Position numbers and translations under genes: made by a program
Assembly: GCF_900089775.1 (NCBI RefSeq)
Contig: NZ_FLOB01000008.1
Coordinates: 158,500-182,499, forward strand
Origin: Marinomonas spartinae
GTDB lineage: Bacteria > Pseudomonadota > Gammaproteobacteria > Pseudomonadales > Marinomonadaceae
DNA: 24,000 nucleotides
Direction: 5' to 3'
The notes under the pieces: generated by a model
What the model was told of the DNA's origin: nothing
Seen by the model: only the letters and a program-made list of their open reading frames with translations
Databases searched by the model: none
Shown: piece after piece, positions 1-8,447 of the stretch
Layout: every line of letters starts with the position of its first letter
Numbering within the stretch: position 1 is the first letter of the stretch

Positions 1-401
1 CGCTGCGCCAACATGGACATGGCTTTCTTAGGGGGAATCCCTTTATAACCCTTCTTGGCCACCCAATTCAGCGCTAGCTTGCGTTGGGCTATTTCACTTT
101 CTTGTAACCCCTGAGCCGTATTGGAAACAACCATCAACTTAGCCACTCGATCAGGGTATTTAAGCGTAAACGCACTGGCAACATAGCCCCCCATGGAGAA
201 GCCTAAGAGAAAAAACGGCGAAGTTGGCAAACTGGCTGATAACGACTCGACAATCGCTTCAATACTTTCTTCTTGTGGTAACGGGACATGCTTAAGGGTG
301 ATACCGACCAGCACCTTTTCAATAAACTGCCAGAGGCGCTCATCACACATCGTGCCAGGCAAACAATAGATCACTTTTTCTTCGGTATTGACTAACGTCA
401 T
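1..401 (-). CDS. alpha/beta-fold hydrolase; only the N-terminal ~133 codons are in the window and the 3' end runs off the left edge
   Basis: My own minus-strand translation from the ATG at 399-401 gives MTLVNTEEKVIYCLPGTMCDERLWQFIEKVLVGITLKHVPLPQEESIEAIVESLSASLPTSPFFLLGFSMGGYVASAF... GFSMGG is a G-x-S-x-G nucleophile elbow. It is absent from the ORF track because it is open at the window edge. Confidence 0.65.
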   Translation of the reverse strand, partial: MTLVNTEEKVIYCLPGTMCDERLWQFIEKVLVGITLKHVPLPQEESIEAIVESLSASLPTSPFFLLGFSMGGYVASAFTLKYPDRVAKLMVVSNTAQGLQESEIAQRKLALNWVAKKGYKGIPPKKAMSMLAQ

Positions 402-499
402 TATTAAAAGTCTCTTATGGATGACAACATCATCACTATGGAATTCATACCACTAAAAGATCATGTTACTAAAAGTAGGAGGAAATACTCATAATAACC

Positions 500-1411
500 C
501 TACTTAGAGGCCGTTGATGATACCTTATCAACAGACGACGGCTTGGTAACGAGCGGCTCTTTGACAGGGTAGCGAACCCGCATAAAACTGGCAAAGCGAG
601 GAATACCGCGTTTAGTAAACCCATGATATTGATAAGTAATCACATCGCCAATATGAGGTGGATTGGCACGTTCTTCATCCGTAAACCCCGTCCCAATTTT
701 AAATTGGGTACCAGAAGGCATTTCAACGATTAATGCCCCCAGCATGCCTTTGTACTTACCTTGCCCCAGTGTCTTACCGATGACGGTTGCTTCATCGTCC
801 ATATAAGGCTTGAGCTTCAACAAGTTACCACTACGGCCACTTTGAAACATCGCCGCTTTACGGTGTAACACTAACCCTTCCGCCCCTTTTTTCACATATT
901 CGTCCAGTACATGACTTAATGTTTGGTTATCCGGTACGGTAAATTGTTTGATGGCTTTAACAAAAGGGGTATGAATGCTCTCCACAATACGTACATAACG
1001 CTGGCTGCGCTCAGCAAAATTGTGCTCATAATCTGGCGCATCAAACACCATATAATGAATCTTATGCCACTGAGAATCGATGGGCTCATCTTTGGTGACA
1101 GCAGAAGCTACAAACTGAAAGTCGTGATGTTTGGACCAAAGCTCCCCATCAAGCCAGACCCCTTTTGGCAATGCCTGAATAAACCAAGCAGGCGCATGAA
1201 TCGGCTTTCCTTGACGGCTTAATAATTCGGTGCCTGTCCAAATCCCGCGAATTCCATCATACTTCTCACTCACCAGATAATCCGTAACAGGGTAAGCCCC
1301 CTTTTCATCCCCGTAACGCTTTGCTAATTGCACATCCATTTGTGCGTTTGAGAAGGATGAAAACCACACTCCTACACTGACAACCAACCCTAGAAACACC
1401 TTACTCAACAT
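500..1411 (-). CDS. ATP-dependent DNA ligase, minimal Lig E type with an N-terminal signal peptide (predicted periplasmic)
   Basis: 303-aa ORF with AGGAG 6 nt upstream of the ATG (minus strand caaAGGAGtgaacgATG). The N-terminus MLSKVFLGLVVSVGVWFSSFSNA|Q looks like a Sec signal peptide. Nucleotidyltransferase motifs are present: I SEKYDGIRG (KxDG), III MVFDA, IV EGLVLH, V LLKLKP, VI-like RFASFMRVR. There is no accessory DNA-binding domain. Confidence 0.85.
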   Translation of the reverse strand: MLSKVFLGLVVSVGVWFSSFSNAQMDVQLAKRYGDEKGAYPVTDYLVSEKYDGIRGIWTGTELLSRQGKPIHAPAWFIQALPKGVWLDGELWSKHHDFQFVASAVTKDEPIDSQWHKIHYMVFDAPDYEHNFAERSQRYVRIVESIHTPFVKAIKQFTVPDNQTLSHVLDEYVKKGAEGLVLHRKAAMFQSGRSGNLLKLKPYMDDEATVIGKTLGQGKYKGMLGALIVEMPSGTQFKIGTGFTDEERANPPHIGDVITYQYHGFTKRGIPRFASFMRVRYPVKEPLVTKPSSVDKVSSTASK

Positions 1412-1519
1412 CGTTCACTCCTTTGAACTATTTGATATGACATGAAAAACATCACGCTAAACAAAATTATCGCACTTTGCAAACCCGCCTCCTCCTTTAC
1501 GGTATGGGGTTGCAACCAT

Positions 1520-1552
1520 ACAAAAAGCCCCTGCTCATCGCTGAGCAAGGGC
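1520..1552 (-). terminator. Rho-independent terminator downstream of htpG
   Basis: Minus-strand hairpin GCCCTTGCTCA-(4 nt loop)-TGAGCAGGGGC with one mismatch, followed by TTTTTGT. It lies ~108 nt past the htpG stop. Confidence 0.6.
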
Positions 1553-1659
1553 TTTGATTGGTTTATCGGTTTTAGCTTAACTAATGCCATGCAACGCTAA
1601 GATTACCTAAATATATCATCTAAACTAAACCAAATTCTCTAAAGCGTAAATTCAATAGA

Positions 1660-3588
1660 CTATTTACTTAATTGAACAATCAGTTTGTTCATGCGGCTAA
1701 CAAATGTCGCAGGATCGTCCAACTGACCACCCTCTGACAAAGTAGCCTGTTCAAATAACAACCACGCCATATCCGCAAAACGATCTTCGTCTGTCTCGGC
1801 ATCCATCTTCGCCACAATAGGGTGATCAGGGTTCACCTCAAGGCTAGGCTTAGACTCAGGTAATTGCTGACCCGCTTGCTCAAGCAAACGACGCATTTGC
1901 AGACCCATATCGTACTCACCAACAACTAAGCAGGCGGGTGAATTAGTCAAGCGGTCAGTGCTGTTTACGGCAGTGACTTTCGATTCAAGAACCGTTTTCA
2001 TGCGATCCAGAAGTGGCTTGATTTGCTCTGCTTTTTCTTCTTTCTCTTTCTTCTCTTCTTCGTTTTCAGAATCAGCTAGATCCAATTTGCCTTTGGTAAC
2101 ATCTTGGAAATGCTTACCTTCAAACTCTTGCAGCGAAGACATCATCCATTCATCGATACGGTCACTCAACAACAAGACTTCAAAGCCCTTCTTACGAAGA
2201 ATCTCTAAGTGTGGGCTGTTTTTCGCTGTATTGTGGTTCTCGGCATAGATGTAGTAAATTTTATCTTGACCTTCAGCCATACGGGCAATGTAGTCAGCAA
2301 GAGAGATTGTCTGCTCTGGTGCATCGGTATGAGTCGTACTAAAGCGTAATAGGCCAGCGATCTTATCTTTATTGCCCATATCATCTGCTGGACCTTCTTT
2401 GATCACATTACCGAACTCATCCCAGAACGTCTGGTAGGTTTCTGGATCGTTTTTCGCCATTTTGCCAAGCATATCCAATACACGCTTAGTTAACGCTGCA
2501 CGCATAGAATCAACGGCATGGTCATTTTGCAAAATTTCACGAGATACGTTCAAAGACAAATCGTTTGAGTCCACTACCCCCTTTACAAAACGCATGTATG
2601 GAGGTAGGAACGCCTCTGCTTCATCCATAATAAAGACACGCTGAACATACAATTTCAGACCGCGCTGCATGTCGCGGTTCCAAAGGTCATAAGGCGCTTT
2701 GGAAGGAATGTACAACAGACTGGTGTATTCAAGTTTACCTTCTACCTTGTTATGAGACCATTTAAGAGGCTCTTGGTAGTCATGGGAAATATGCTTGTAA
2801 AACTCTTTGTATTCGTCGTCGGATACATCGTTGCGCGAACGTGTCCAAAGGGCTTTTGCTGAGTTAACCGCTTCGAATTCCGGCGCTTTGTTTTCGTCAA
2901 CTGGCTTAGGATTGCCCTCTTCATCCATTTCTGGATAAACCACTTTTTCCATTTCAACAGGAATAGAAATGTGGTCAGAGTATTTTGTCACTAAAGAGCG
3001 TAGGCGGTAGTTATCGGCAAACTCTTTCTCGTCGGCTTTAAGGTGTAAGGTGATGCGGGTACCGCGTGTCTCTTTTTCAATGTTTTCAACGGTAAATTCA
3101 CCGGTACCATCAGATATCCAACGTACCGCTTCGTCTTGGGCTGCTCCAGCACGACGAGTCTCGACCGTCACCTTATCCGCAACGATAAAGGCAGAATAAA
3201 AACCCACACCAAATTGGCCTATTAATTGACTGTCTTTCTTCTGATCACCGCTTAATTGCTCAAGAAACGCTGACGTACCAGATTTAGCAATGGTACCCAA
3301 GTTAGCAATCGCCTCTTCGCGGGACATACCCACACCATTATCATCGATAATGACTGTATTGGCGTCTTTATCAAATTCAACACGAACGCGTAAATTGGGG
3401 TCTTCTGCAAGAAGGTCTGCATTAGCGACAGACTCAAAACGAAGCTTATCAACGGCGTCAGACGCGTTGGAAATCAGCTCACGTAGAAAAATCTCCTTGT
3501 TAGAATACAAAGAGTGGATCATCAAATGAAGTAACTGCTTTACTTCCGTTTGAAACCCTAACGTTTCTTTTTGAGTATCAGTTGCCAT
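1660..3588 (-). CDS. htpG: Molecular chaperone HtpG (Hsp90 family)
   Basis: I trimmed the ORF-track call 1660..3651 to the ATG at 3586-3588, giving [20 protein letters not shown]..., a typical HtpG N-terminus. AGGAG sits at 3600-3604. Hsp90 signatures [15 protein letters not shown] and GQFGVGFYS are present, and the length is ~642 aa. Confidence 0.95.
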   Translation of the reverse strand: MATDTQKETLGFQTEVKQLLHLMIHSLYSNKEIFLRELISNASDAVDKLRFESVANADLLAEDPNLRVRVEFDKDANTVIIDDNGVGMSREEAIANLGTIAKSGTSAFLEQLSGDQKKDSQLIGQFGVGFYSAFIVADKVTVETRRAGAAQDEAVRWISDGTGEFTVENIEKETRGTRITLHLKADEKEFADNYRLRSLVTKYSDHISIPVEMEKVVYPEMDEEGNPKPVDENKAPEFEAVNSAKALWTRSRNDVSDDEYKEFYKHISHDYQEPLKWSHNKVEGKLEYTSLLYIPSKAPYDLWNRDMQRGLKLYVQRVFIMDEAEAFLPPYMRFVKGVVDSNDLSLNVSREILQNDHAVDSMRAALTKRVLDMLGKMAKNDPETYQTFWDEFGNVIKEGPADDMGNKDKIAGLLRFSTTHTDAPEQTISLADYIARMAEGQDKIYYIYAENHNTAKNSPHLEILRKKGFEVLLLSDRIDEWMMSSLQEFEGKHFQDVTKGKLDLADSENEEEKKEKEEKAEQIKPLLDRMKTVLESKVTAVNSTDRLTNSPACLVVGEYDMGLQMRRLLEQAGQQLPESKPSLEVNPDHPIVAKMDAETDEDRFADMAWLLFEQATLSEGGQLDDPATFVSRMNKLIVQLSK

Positions 3589-3660
3589 CTTTAAACTTGC
3601 TCCTATTTTAATGAACCTCTGGCAAGCCGCCAAAGGGGGATTTCGTTTCACTGGTGAAAC

Positions 3661-3694
3661 ATAAATAAAGCCTCTTGAGGTGATTTCAAGAGGC
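3661..3694 (-). terminator. Rho-independent terminator after the O-methyltransferase gene
   Basis: A 9-bp stem GCCTCTTGA / TCAAGAGGC (3670-3678 / 3686-3694) with a 7-nt loop. On the minus strand it is followed by TTTATTTAT. Confidence 0.6.
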
Positions 3695-3772
3695 TCATCC
3701 TAAAAAAGCAGGAGAAAGTCTTTAAAAAGAGAGATTTAGAATGAAAACAAGAGAAGCATCTTCAGGCGGTTC

Positions 3773-4474
3773 TCAACGCTTACGCACTAACGTTAGACCA
3801 TCACCGATGGGAATCAACGACAAATCCACCGTATGATCGGCATGAATCGTCTCATTCAACGCCCGTACAATATTGGTATCTTTATCAGTGAAAGTATCAT
3901 CTGCCACATTGCCCCACCAAAGAGTGTTATCAATCAGCAAACACCCACCAGGGCGCAAGAGTTGTTTTGCTCGTTCATAGTAAGCAAGTAAGTTTTTCTT
4001 ATCTGCATCAATAAAGATAAAATCAAAGCTGTCACTGCCTGTCTCAAGAAGCGACGTCATAACGGGTAAGGCTTTATCGCAGTAGGTCGTCACCCGATCC
4101 ATCACGCCTGCTTCTTCAAGGTAGCGTGTCGCAATGTCTAACCACATTTGCTTTTTCTCAATAGCGATTAACGACGCGTCTTTAGACATCGCCATGGCCA
4201 TCGACAGTGTGCTATAGCCAGTAAACACGCCAACTTCAAGAATTTTCTTAGGGGCCTGCAATTTAACCAGCAATGCCAGCAACTGCCCGACTTCCGGTGA
4301 CAACTGCATACGTGCCATATGATATTGTGCAGTTTCTCGGCGCAGCGCCTTTAAGATATCATTCTCGCGAACCGACACATCCACCAAATACTGATAAAGT
4401 CGATCATCCATCTTGACCGTGCGATTGGTAGGACGGTCATCTTCTGGTAACGGTTTTGGGAAATTAGGAAGCAT
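3773..4474 (-). CDS. Cation-dependent class I SAM O-methyltransferase (CCoAOMT-like, Methyltransf_3)
   Basis: Family motifs are LEVGVFTGYS (SAM motif I), FIFIDADK (metal/SAM site) and DNTLWWG. The ATG at 4472-4474 overlaps the stop of the upstream gene (ATGCTTCCTAA), suggesting translational coupling. An alternative internal ATG at 4409-4411 (MDDRLYQYL) has no visible RBS. Confidence 0.85.
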   Translation of the reverse strand: MLPNFPKPLPEDDRPTNRTVKMDDRLYQYLVDVSVRENDILKALRRETAQYHMARMQLSPEVGQLLALLVKLQAPKKILEVGVFTGYSTLSMAMAMSKDASLIAIEKKQMWLDIATRYLEEAGVMDRVTTYCDKALPVMTSLLETGSDSFDFIFIDADKKNLLAYYERAKQLLRPGGCLLIDNTLWWGNVADDTFTDKDTNIVRALNETIHADHTVDLSLIPIGDGLTLVRKR

Positions 4475-5195
4475 GAGATTTAATCACCAACCCCCGACTC
4501 AGCGTTTTAAACGTTTTTGAACGAAATTCACGACGATACAATACCCCCACCACCAACAGACTGGCAACCATGCAAAAATACGGGCCAATAAACCACGCAC
4601 TAAAGGCCATCGCAAAATAATAAGCTCGCAAACCATAATTAAACTGATTGGCTGCCAGACTACAGACTTTTGCCATGTGCATCGCATACAACTCACGCTC
4701 GCTTTCCTCTATCCCTCGCTCTGTGGCCAGAGGCGCGCTCCCCACCAGCACAGAGCAAAAATTATACTGACGAACCGACCAAGTGAAGGTAAAAAAGGCG
4801 TAGGCAAAAATCAGCACGAGAATAATGATTTTGATCTCCCATTCCTGCCGACTACTGGGTGCCATTAAGTAAATGTCAGACAGCACCTCTAAGGCTTCTT
4901 TAGAATACTTAAAACCAGCAAAGAGCCCCGCAATAATAATCAGAGAACTTGAGGCAAAAAACAAACTACTGCGTTCAAGATTCGCAATCACAGAAGAATC
5001 CGCGATACGATTATCCCGCCGTAACAAACGTGACATCCATGCCAAACGAAATTGGTGTAACACACTCACTAAGCAGGACTTACGCTTCGAATTATACAAG
5101 GCATAAAAGGCATAGCCCCACCAACAGGAGATAAACACAAAAAACGTTGTTAAATCTAGCGGATCCATCAGGGTAGAAACCGAACTGCTTTCCAT
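4464..5195 (-). CDS. Integral membrane protein, DUF599-like
   Basis: Multi-TM ORF, for example FFVFISCWWGYAFYALY, LFFASSSLIIIAGLFAGF and IIILVLIFAYAFFTF. The segment HQFRLAWMSRLLRRDNRIAD matches what I remember of DUF599 proteins; that assignment is from memory only. The track start at 5207 is TTG, so I used the ATG at 5193-5195 (MESSS...). Confidence 0.55.
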   Translation of the reverse strand: MESSSVSTLMDPLDLTTFFVFISCWWGYAFYALYNSKRKSCLVSVLHQFRLAWMSRLLRRDNRIADSSVIANLERSSLFFASSSLIIIAGLFAGFKYSKEALEVLSDIYLMAPSSRQEWEIKIIILVLIFAYAFFTFTWSVRQYNFCSVLVGSAPLATERGIEESERELYAMHMAKVCSLAANQFNYGLRAYYFAMAFSAWFIGPYFCMVASLLVVGVLYRREFRSKTFKTLSRGLVIKSHAS

Positions 5196-5329
5196 CGTGT
5201 CACTCAACTAAAACAAACAGATTTAAAGAGGCGGTATTAAAGCATTTTTCCCTGCTCATGTCCCCGTTAGAGACTAGGAAAAAACCTTTCATCGCCGCTG
5301 AAACAGCCCCCAAAAGCCAATAAAAAAGC

Positions 5330-5357
5330 TTGCATCATAAACAAATATCGGTATGAT
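5330..5357 (+). promoter_or_regulatory. Candidate sigma70 promoter of the tandem tRNA-Leu operon
   Basis: TTGCAT (5330-5335), a 16-nt spacer, then TATGAT (5352-5357). A GC-rich discriminator TCTCGCC follows and an A-rich UP-like tract (aataaaaaag) precedes. The tRNA starts 21 nt after the -10. Confidence 0.45.
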
Positions 5358-5377
5358 TCTCGCCGTTATCACGACAT

Positions 5378-5462
5378 GCGGATGTGGTGGAATTGGTAGA
5401 CACGCTGGATTTAGGTTCCAGTGCTTCACGGCGTGAGAGTTCGAGTCTCTCCATCCGCACCA
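5378..5462 (+). tRNA. tRNA-Leu (anticodon TAG), class II with long variable arm, encoded CCA
   Basis: Acceptor GCGGATG / CATCCGC. Anticodon stem CTGGA / TCCAG with loop TTTAGGT (U33-TAG-G37). T-arm GAGTTCGAGTCTC. Ends ACCA. Confidence 0.93.
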
Positions 5463-5500
5463 TTTTTATACAACATGTGATAAATCAAATTCTCAATCCT

Positions 5501-5587
5501 GCGGATGTGGTGGAATTGGTAGACACGCTAGCTTCAGGTGCTAGTGGCCTTACGGTCGTGGGGGTTCAAGTCCCCCCATCCGCACCA
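5501..5587 (+). tRNA. tRNA-Leu (anticodon CAG), class II, encoded CCA
   Basis: Nearly identical to the E. coli tRNA-Leu(CAG) architecture. Anticodon stem CTAGC / GCTAG with loop TTCAGGT. T-arm GGGGGTTCAAGTCCCCC. The first 28 nt are identical to the upstream tRNA. Confidence 0.95.
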
Positions 5588-5606
5588 AAAGGTAAGTGCC
5601 ATATTC

Positions 5607-6887
5607 CTACCAAACTTTTGGTAATTCTTCCCATTTGGTTGTATAAGCAGGCGATAGATGATTGCGCTTCATGGCCCATTGTGGTGATACACCTTGTGAT
5701 GCAAAGAAGACGCTACCATGACCACTGTGGTTGATGCGGTCCACCACCTTCATCAACGCCTGTGAATTGGTTTTCATACTGTTCGTTCGAAACAAATCTT
5801 GTTGATAAACTCCATACTCATAGAAATCCGCCAGCATCACGCCGCCTTTCATATAACGAAATCCGTCACGCCATAGGCGACAAAACAACACCTCGGTGAC
5901 ATCCAGTAAGTCCCGCGTATCGTCTGTGGGGTTGGGGAGCTCAACAGACAAAGCATTCCCATAGCGTCCACCTTGAGCATGCGGACTGGTGCGGATGAAC
6001 ACATTCACGACTCGACAAAGACGCTTTTCTCTGCGCAGTTTCTCCGCAGCACGAGTCGTATATTTAGCGATGGCCTCCCGTAATTCCTGTTTTTCCGTAA
6101 TACGATGACCAAATGATCGACTACAAATAATCTGCTGCTTTGTTGGTCGCACCAACTCAAGATCAAGACAAGACACTCCGTTCAACTCTTGCACCGTCCT
6201 CTCCAACACCACGGAAAACTCGCTTCGAATGACCCTAGGGTTAGCATTCGCCAAATCCAATGCCGTGCGAATTCCCCTAGCACGCAACCGCTCGGTGATT
6301 CGACGACCTACGCCCCACACATCACTCACATCAACCAACGACAATAGACGCTTTTGACGCTCAGGATTCATCAAATCCACCACGGCCCCTGTTGCTGGGT
6401 AGCGCTTCGCTGCCTCATTCGCCAGCTTGGCCAGCGTCTTGGTTGGCGCAATCCCCACTCCTACCGTAATCCCCGTCCACTTATCTACTTTTGCTTTTAA
6501 CTGCTTACCAAACGTCAGTAAATCCATGACATATTCGATACCCGTTAGATCTAAGAACGCCTCATCGATGGAGTACACCTCAAGCCGTGGAGCCTCTTCC
6601 TCTAAGATTGTCATCACTCTATTCGACAAATCTGCGTATAGGGCATAATTCGACGAAAAACACACAATGCCGTACTGCCTTATCATCGCCTGAGCCTGAA
6701 ACAGCGGCATTCCCATTTTCACCCCCAAAGCCTTAGCTTCTTTGGAACGCGCCACAATGCAGCCATCGTTATTCGACAGCACAACAACAGGTGTGTATTT
6801 TAAATCTGGACGGAACAATTTCTCACAACTGGCGTAGAAGTTATTGCAATCAACCAGTGCAAAGGCTGCCTTATTAGCCCCGTGCAT
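5607..6887 (-). CDS. umuC: DNA polymerase V catalytic subunit UmuC (Y-family)
   Basis: FALVDCNNFYASCEKLFRPDL, VVVLSNNDGC and YSIDEAFLD are classic UmuC/Y-family motifs. The protein is 426 aa, and its ATG overlaps the umuD stop by 14 nt. Confidence 0.9.
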   Translation of the reverse strand: MHGANKAAFALVDCNNFYASCEKLFRPDLKYTPVVVLSNNDGCIVARSKEAKALGVKMGMPLFQAQAMIRQYGIVCFSSNYALYADLSNRVMTILEEEAPRLEVYSIDEAFLDLTGIEYVMDLLTFGKQLKAKVDKWTGITVGVGIAPTKTLAKLANEAAKRYPATGAVVDLMNPERQKRLLSLVDVSDVWGVGRRITERLRARGIRTALDLANANPRVIRSEFSVVLERTVQELNGVSCLDLELVRPTKQQIICSRSFGHRITEKQELREAIAKYTTRAAEKLRREKRLCRVVNVFIRTSPHAQGGRYGNALSVELPNPTDDTRDLLDVTEVLFCRLWRDGFRYMKGGVMLADFYEYGVYQQDLFRTNSMKTNSQALMKVVDRINHSGHGSVFFASQGVSPQWAMKRNHLSPAYTTKWEELPKVW

Positions 6888-7320
6888 ACTTACGCACCAC
6901 CCCAGTTACCACGCCGAATATTTCCAGTTCCGATTCTTCGGTAATATGAATAGCTTTATAAGCCTTGTTTTTCGGACGCAACAGCACATTGGGGTTTAAC
7001 TCCAACGTTTTCACTGTCATCTCTCCATGAAGGCAAGCAATCACAATATCCCCGTGACGCGCCGTTAGCGAACGGTCGACCACCAACACGTCCCCCGAGT
7101 GAATACCTGCCTCAATCATCGAGTCTCCCTGAACACGCACAAAAAACGTCGCCATCGGGCGGGGGATGCATAATTCATTAAGATCAAGCGTCTTCTCAAT
7201 AAAGTCCTGAGCGGGCGACGGAAAACCTGCCGATACAGACTCAACATAAAGAGGGATCTGGATACGATGATCAGCAATAAAGGAAGCAGAGCTTGAAGAT
7301 CCAAGATAAGTCACGCGCAT
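6874..7320 (-). CDS. umuD: UmuD, LexA-like self-cleaving accessory subunit of Pol V
   Basis: I trimmed the start to the ATG at 7318-7320 (MRVTYLG...), because the longer track ORF would read through its own LexA box. The Ala-Gly cleavage site is in VSAGFPSPA, the Ser nucleophile in GDSM, and the Lys in MTVKTL. Confidence 0.9.
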   Translation of the reverse strand: MRVTYLGSSSSASFIADHRIQIPLYVESVSAGFPSPAQDFIEKTLDLNELCIPRPMATFFVRVQGDSMIEAGIHSGDVLVVDRSLTARHGDIVIACLHGEMTVKTLELNPNVLLRPKNKAYKAIHITEESELEIFGVVTGVVRKYARG

Positions 7321-7333
7321 AGTTAACACCAAA

Positions 7334-7353
7334 TACTGTATATATATACAGTA
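7334..7353. promoter_or_regulatory. LexA SOS box, a perfect 20-bp palindrome
   Basis: TACTGTATATATATACAGTA lies 14 nt upstream of the umuD ATG. It equals the gammaproteobacterial consensus TACTGT-(AT)4-ACAGTA. Confidence 0.9.
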
Positions 7354-7379
7354 TAGTTTCAAACAATACCCATGACCAA
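7350..7379 (-). promoter_or_regulatory. Candidate umuDC sigma70 promoter overlapping the LexA box
   Basis: On the minus strand: TTGGTC (7374-7379), an 18-nt spacer, then TATACT (7350-7355). The -10 overlaps the left arm of the SOS box. Confidence 0.4.
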
Positions 7380-7434
7380 GTGATTTTTTGTAATAAATGG
7401 AATTTAGAGATAGCCAATCCCCCTTACCGCGCCA

Positions 7435-8307
7435 CTAATTAAAGTCCATCTCTGCTGCTGTTGGGTTAAAAATAGCGTTCTCTACAATGATTTGTTCCAA
7501 ACGGCGAGTGGCTTCGTTCGCTTTTGGTGACACAAACAACGACACTTCCATATCTGGCAAAGCGGGCAAGTCACGATAAATCACTAAGTCATCATCTAAC
7601 GTTTGATAAGGTACAATGGCAACCCCCACTCCTGCTCGAACGGCTGCCAACACACCCGATCGACTTTGACTGGTAAAAGCAATGCGATAGGGAATGCCGG
7701 CAGCATCTAATGATTGGCATGCATACTGGCGATGTTGGCACCCCTCTGAAAACACCACCAAAGGTAAAACAGCTTGCATGTGGACAAAATGCCCTTTAGC
7801 ACCGACCCACACCAATTCATCGCGGCGCAAACGAACCCCACCTTTCGTATCCGCTAACATTTCCACCAAAGCAATATCCAACTTGCCTTTATTAAGCAGT
7901 TCCACCAAATAATCGGGGCGATAATCGCAGAACGCCTCTAGTTGAGCTTCCGGATAGCTCAATATGAAGTCTTGCAAAATCGGCGCAAGCGTTCGACTGG
8001 TGTATTGGTCATGAGTACCAAGACGCACTACCCCATCAATGTCCATATTTTGAAAGGAGCCGACTATTTGATCATGCAGATTAAGCAGCTGCTGAGCGTG
8101 GTTTTTTAACTGAATCCCTACCGCAGTCAAACGCACGCCATGCTGTCCCCGCACCATCAACGGATTAGCAATCAAATCTTCGAGACGGTTGAGCTGCATG
8201 CTCACTGTTGAGGGCGCTTTATGCAGTTGTTTGGCGGCCTCCGTCAGGTTCAGAGTGTCCGCTACAACCATAAATGTGCGCAGTAAATTAATCGGTAAAT
8301 CACGCAT
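7435..8307 (-). CDS. LysR-family transcriptional regulator
   Basis: N-terminal wHTH LLRTFMVVADTLNLTEAAKQLHKAPSTVSMQLNRLE plus a ~200-aa substrate-binding domain. It is transcribed divergently from the MFS gene. Confidence 0.9.
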   Translation of the reverse strand: MRDLPINLLRTFMVVADTLNLTEAAKQLHKAPSTVSMQLNRLEDLIANPLMVRGQHGVRLTAVGIQLKNHAQQLLNLHDQIVGSFQNMDIDGVVRLGTHDQYTSRTLAPILQDFILSYPEAQLEAFCDYRPDYLVELLNKGKLDIALVEMLADTKGGVRLRRDELVWVGAKGHFVHMQAVLPLVVFSEGCQHRQYACQSLDAAGIPYRIAFTSQSRSGVLAAVRAGVGVAIVPYQTLDDDLVIYRDLPALPDMEVSLFVSPKANEATRRLEQIIVENAIFNPTAAEMDFN

Positions 8308-8316
8308 ATTTTAGTT

Positions 8317-8331
8317 TTCAATATTGTTGAA
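8317..8331. promoter_or_regulatory. Candidate LysR (T-N11-A) operator in the divergent intergenic region
   Basis: TTCAATATTGTTGAA is the dyad TTCAA-N5-TTGAA and contains TCAA-N5-TTGA, which fits T-N11-A. It lies 10 nt upstream of the LysR ATG. Confidence 0.3.
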
Positions 8332-8447
8332 CGTAGAGTTTAATATTTATCGATTTACCGAACAAACGCAAGTCCCTAATATGGCGACATTCATTGAGTG
8401 TTTTTTATACATCAATCTCATTCGTCACTCTTGCAAGGAGAATTGCA

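Noticed and set aside
923-1222. A 99-aa plus-strand ORF, and many similar 60-140 aa ORFs antisense to or nested in ligase, htpG, umuC, LysR, MFS, nitrilase, GNAT, pyrC, deaD, MetE-like, APC and other genes (for example 1958-2248, 3290-3529, 8477-8821, 10527-11030, 13485-13787, 14195-14608, 21284-21604, 21547-21900, 22509-22925).
   Set aside because: They lie entirely within, and out of frame with, strongly supported genes. They have low-complexity or odd composition and no RBS. They are typical shadow ORFs.
1405-1590. A 61-aa minus-strand ORF between htpG and the ligase.
   Set aside because: It spans the htpG terminator hairpin and the ligase promoter region. It has no SD and an uninformative sequence.
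3589-3660. A possible sigma32 heat-shock promoter for htpG. The minus strand carries TCCCCCTTT, resembling the CCCCATNT -10.
   Set aside because: I could not find a CTTGAAA-like -35 at 13-17 nt spacing, and GTGAAAC is only ~6 nt away. The evidence is insufficient without a PWM scan or a mapped TSS.
5384-5734. A 116-aa plus-strand ORF.
   Set aside because: It reads straight through both tRNA-Leu genes and into the umuC 3' end, so it is an artefact.
5987-5997. An 11-nt match (TGGTGCGGATG) inside umuC to the reverse complement of the tRNA-Leu 3' end (CATCCGCACCA). I considered it as an att-site remnant of a tRNA-targeted island.
   Set aside because: It is inverted rather than direct. It sits inside an intact coding frame (FIRTSPH). 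No integrase or other island genes are present, so it is most likely coincidence.
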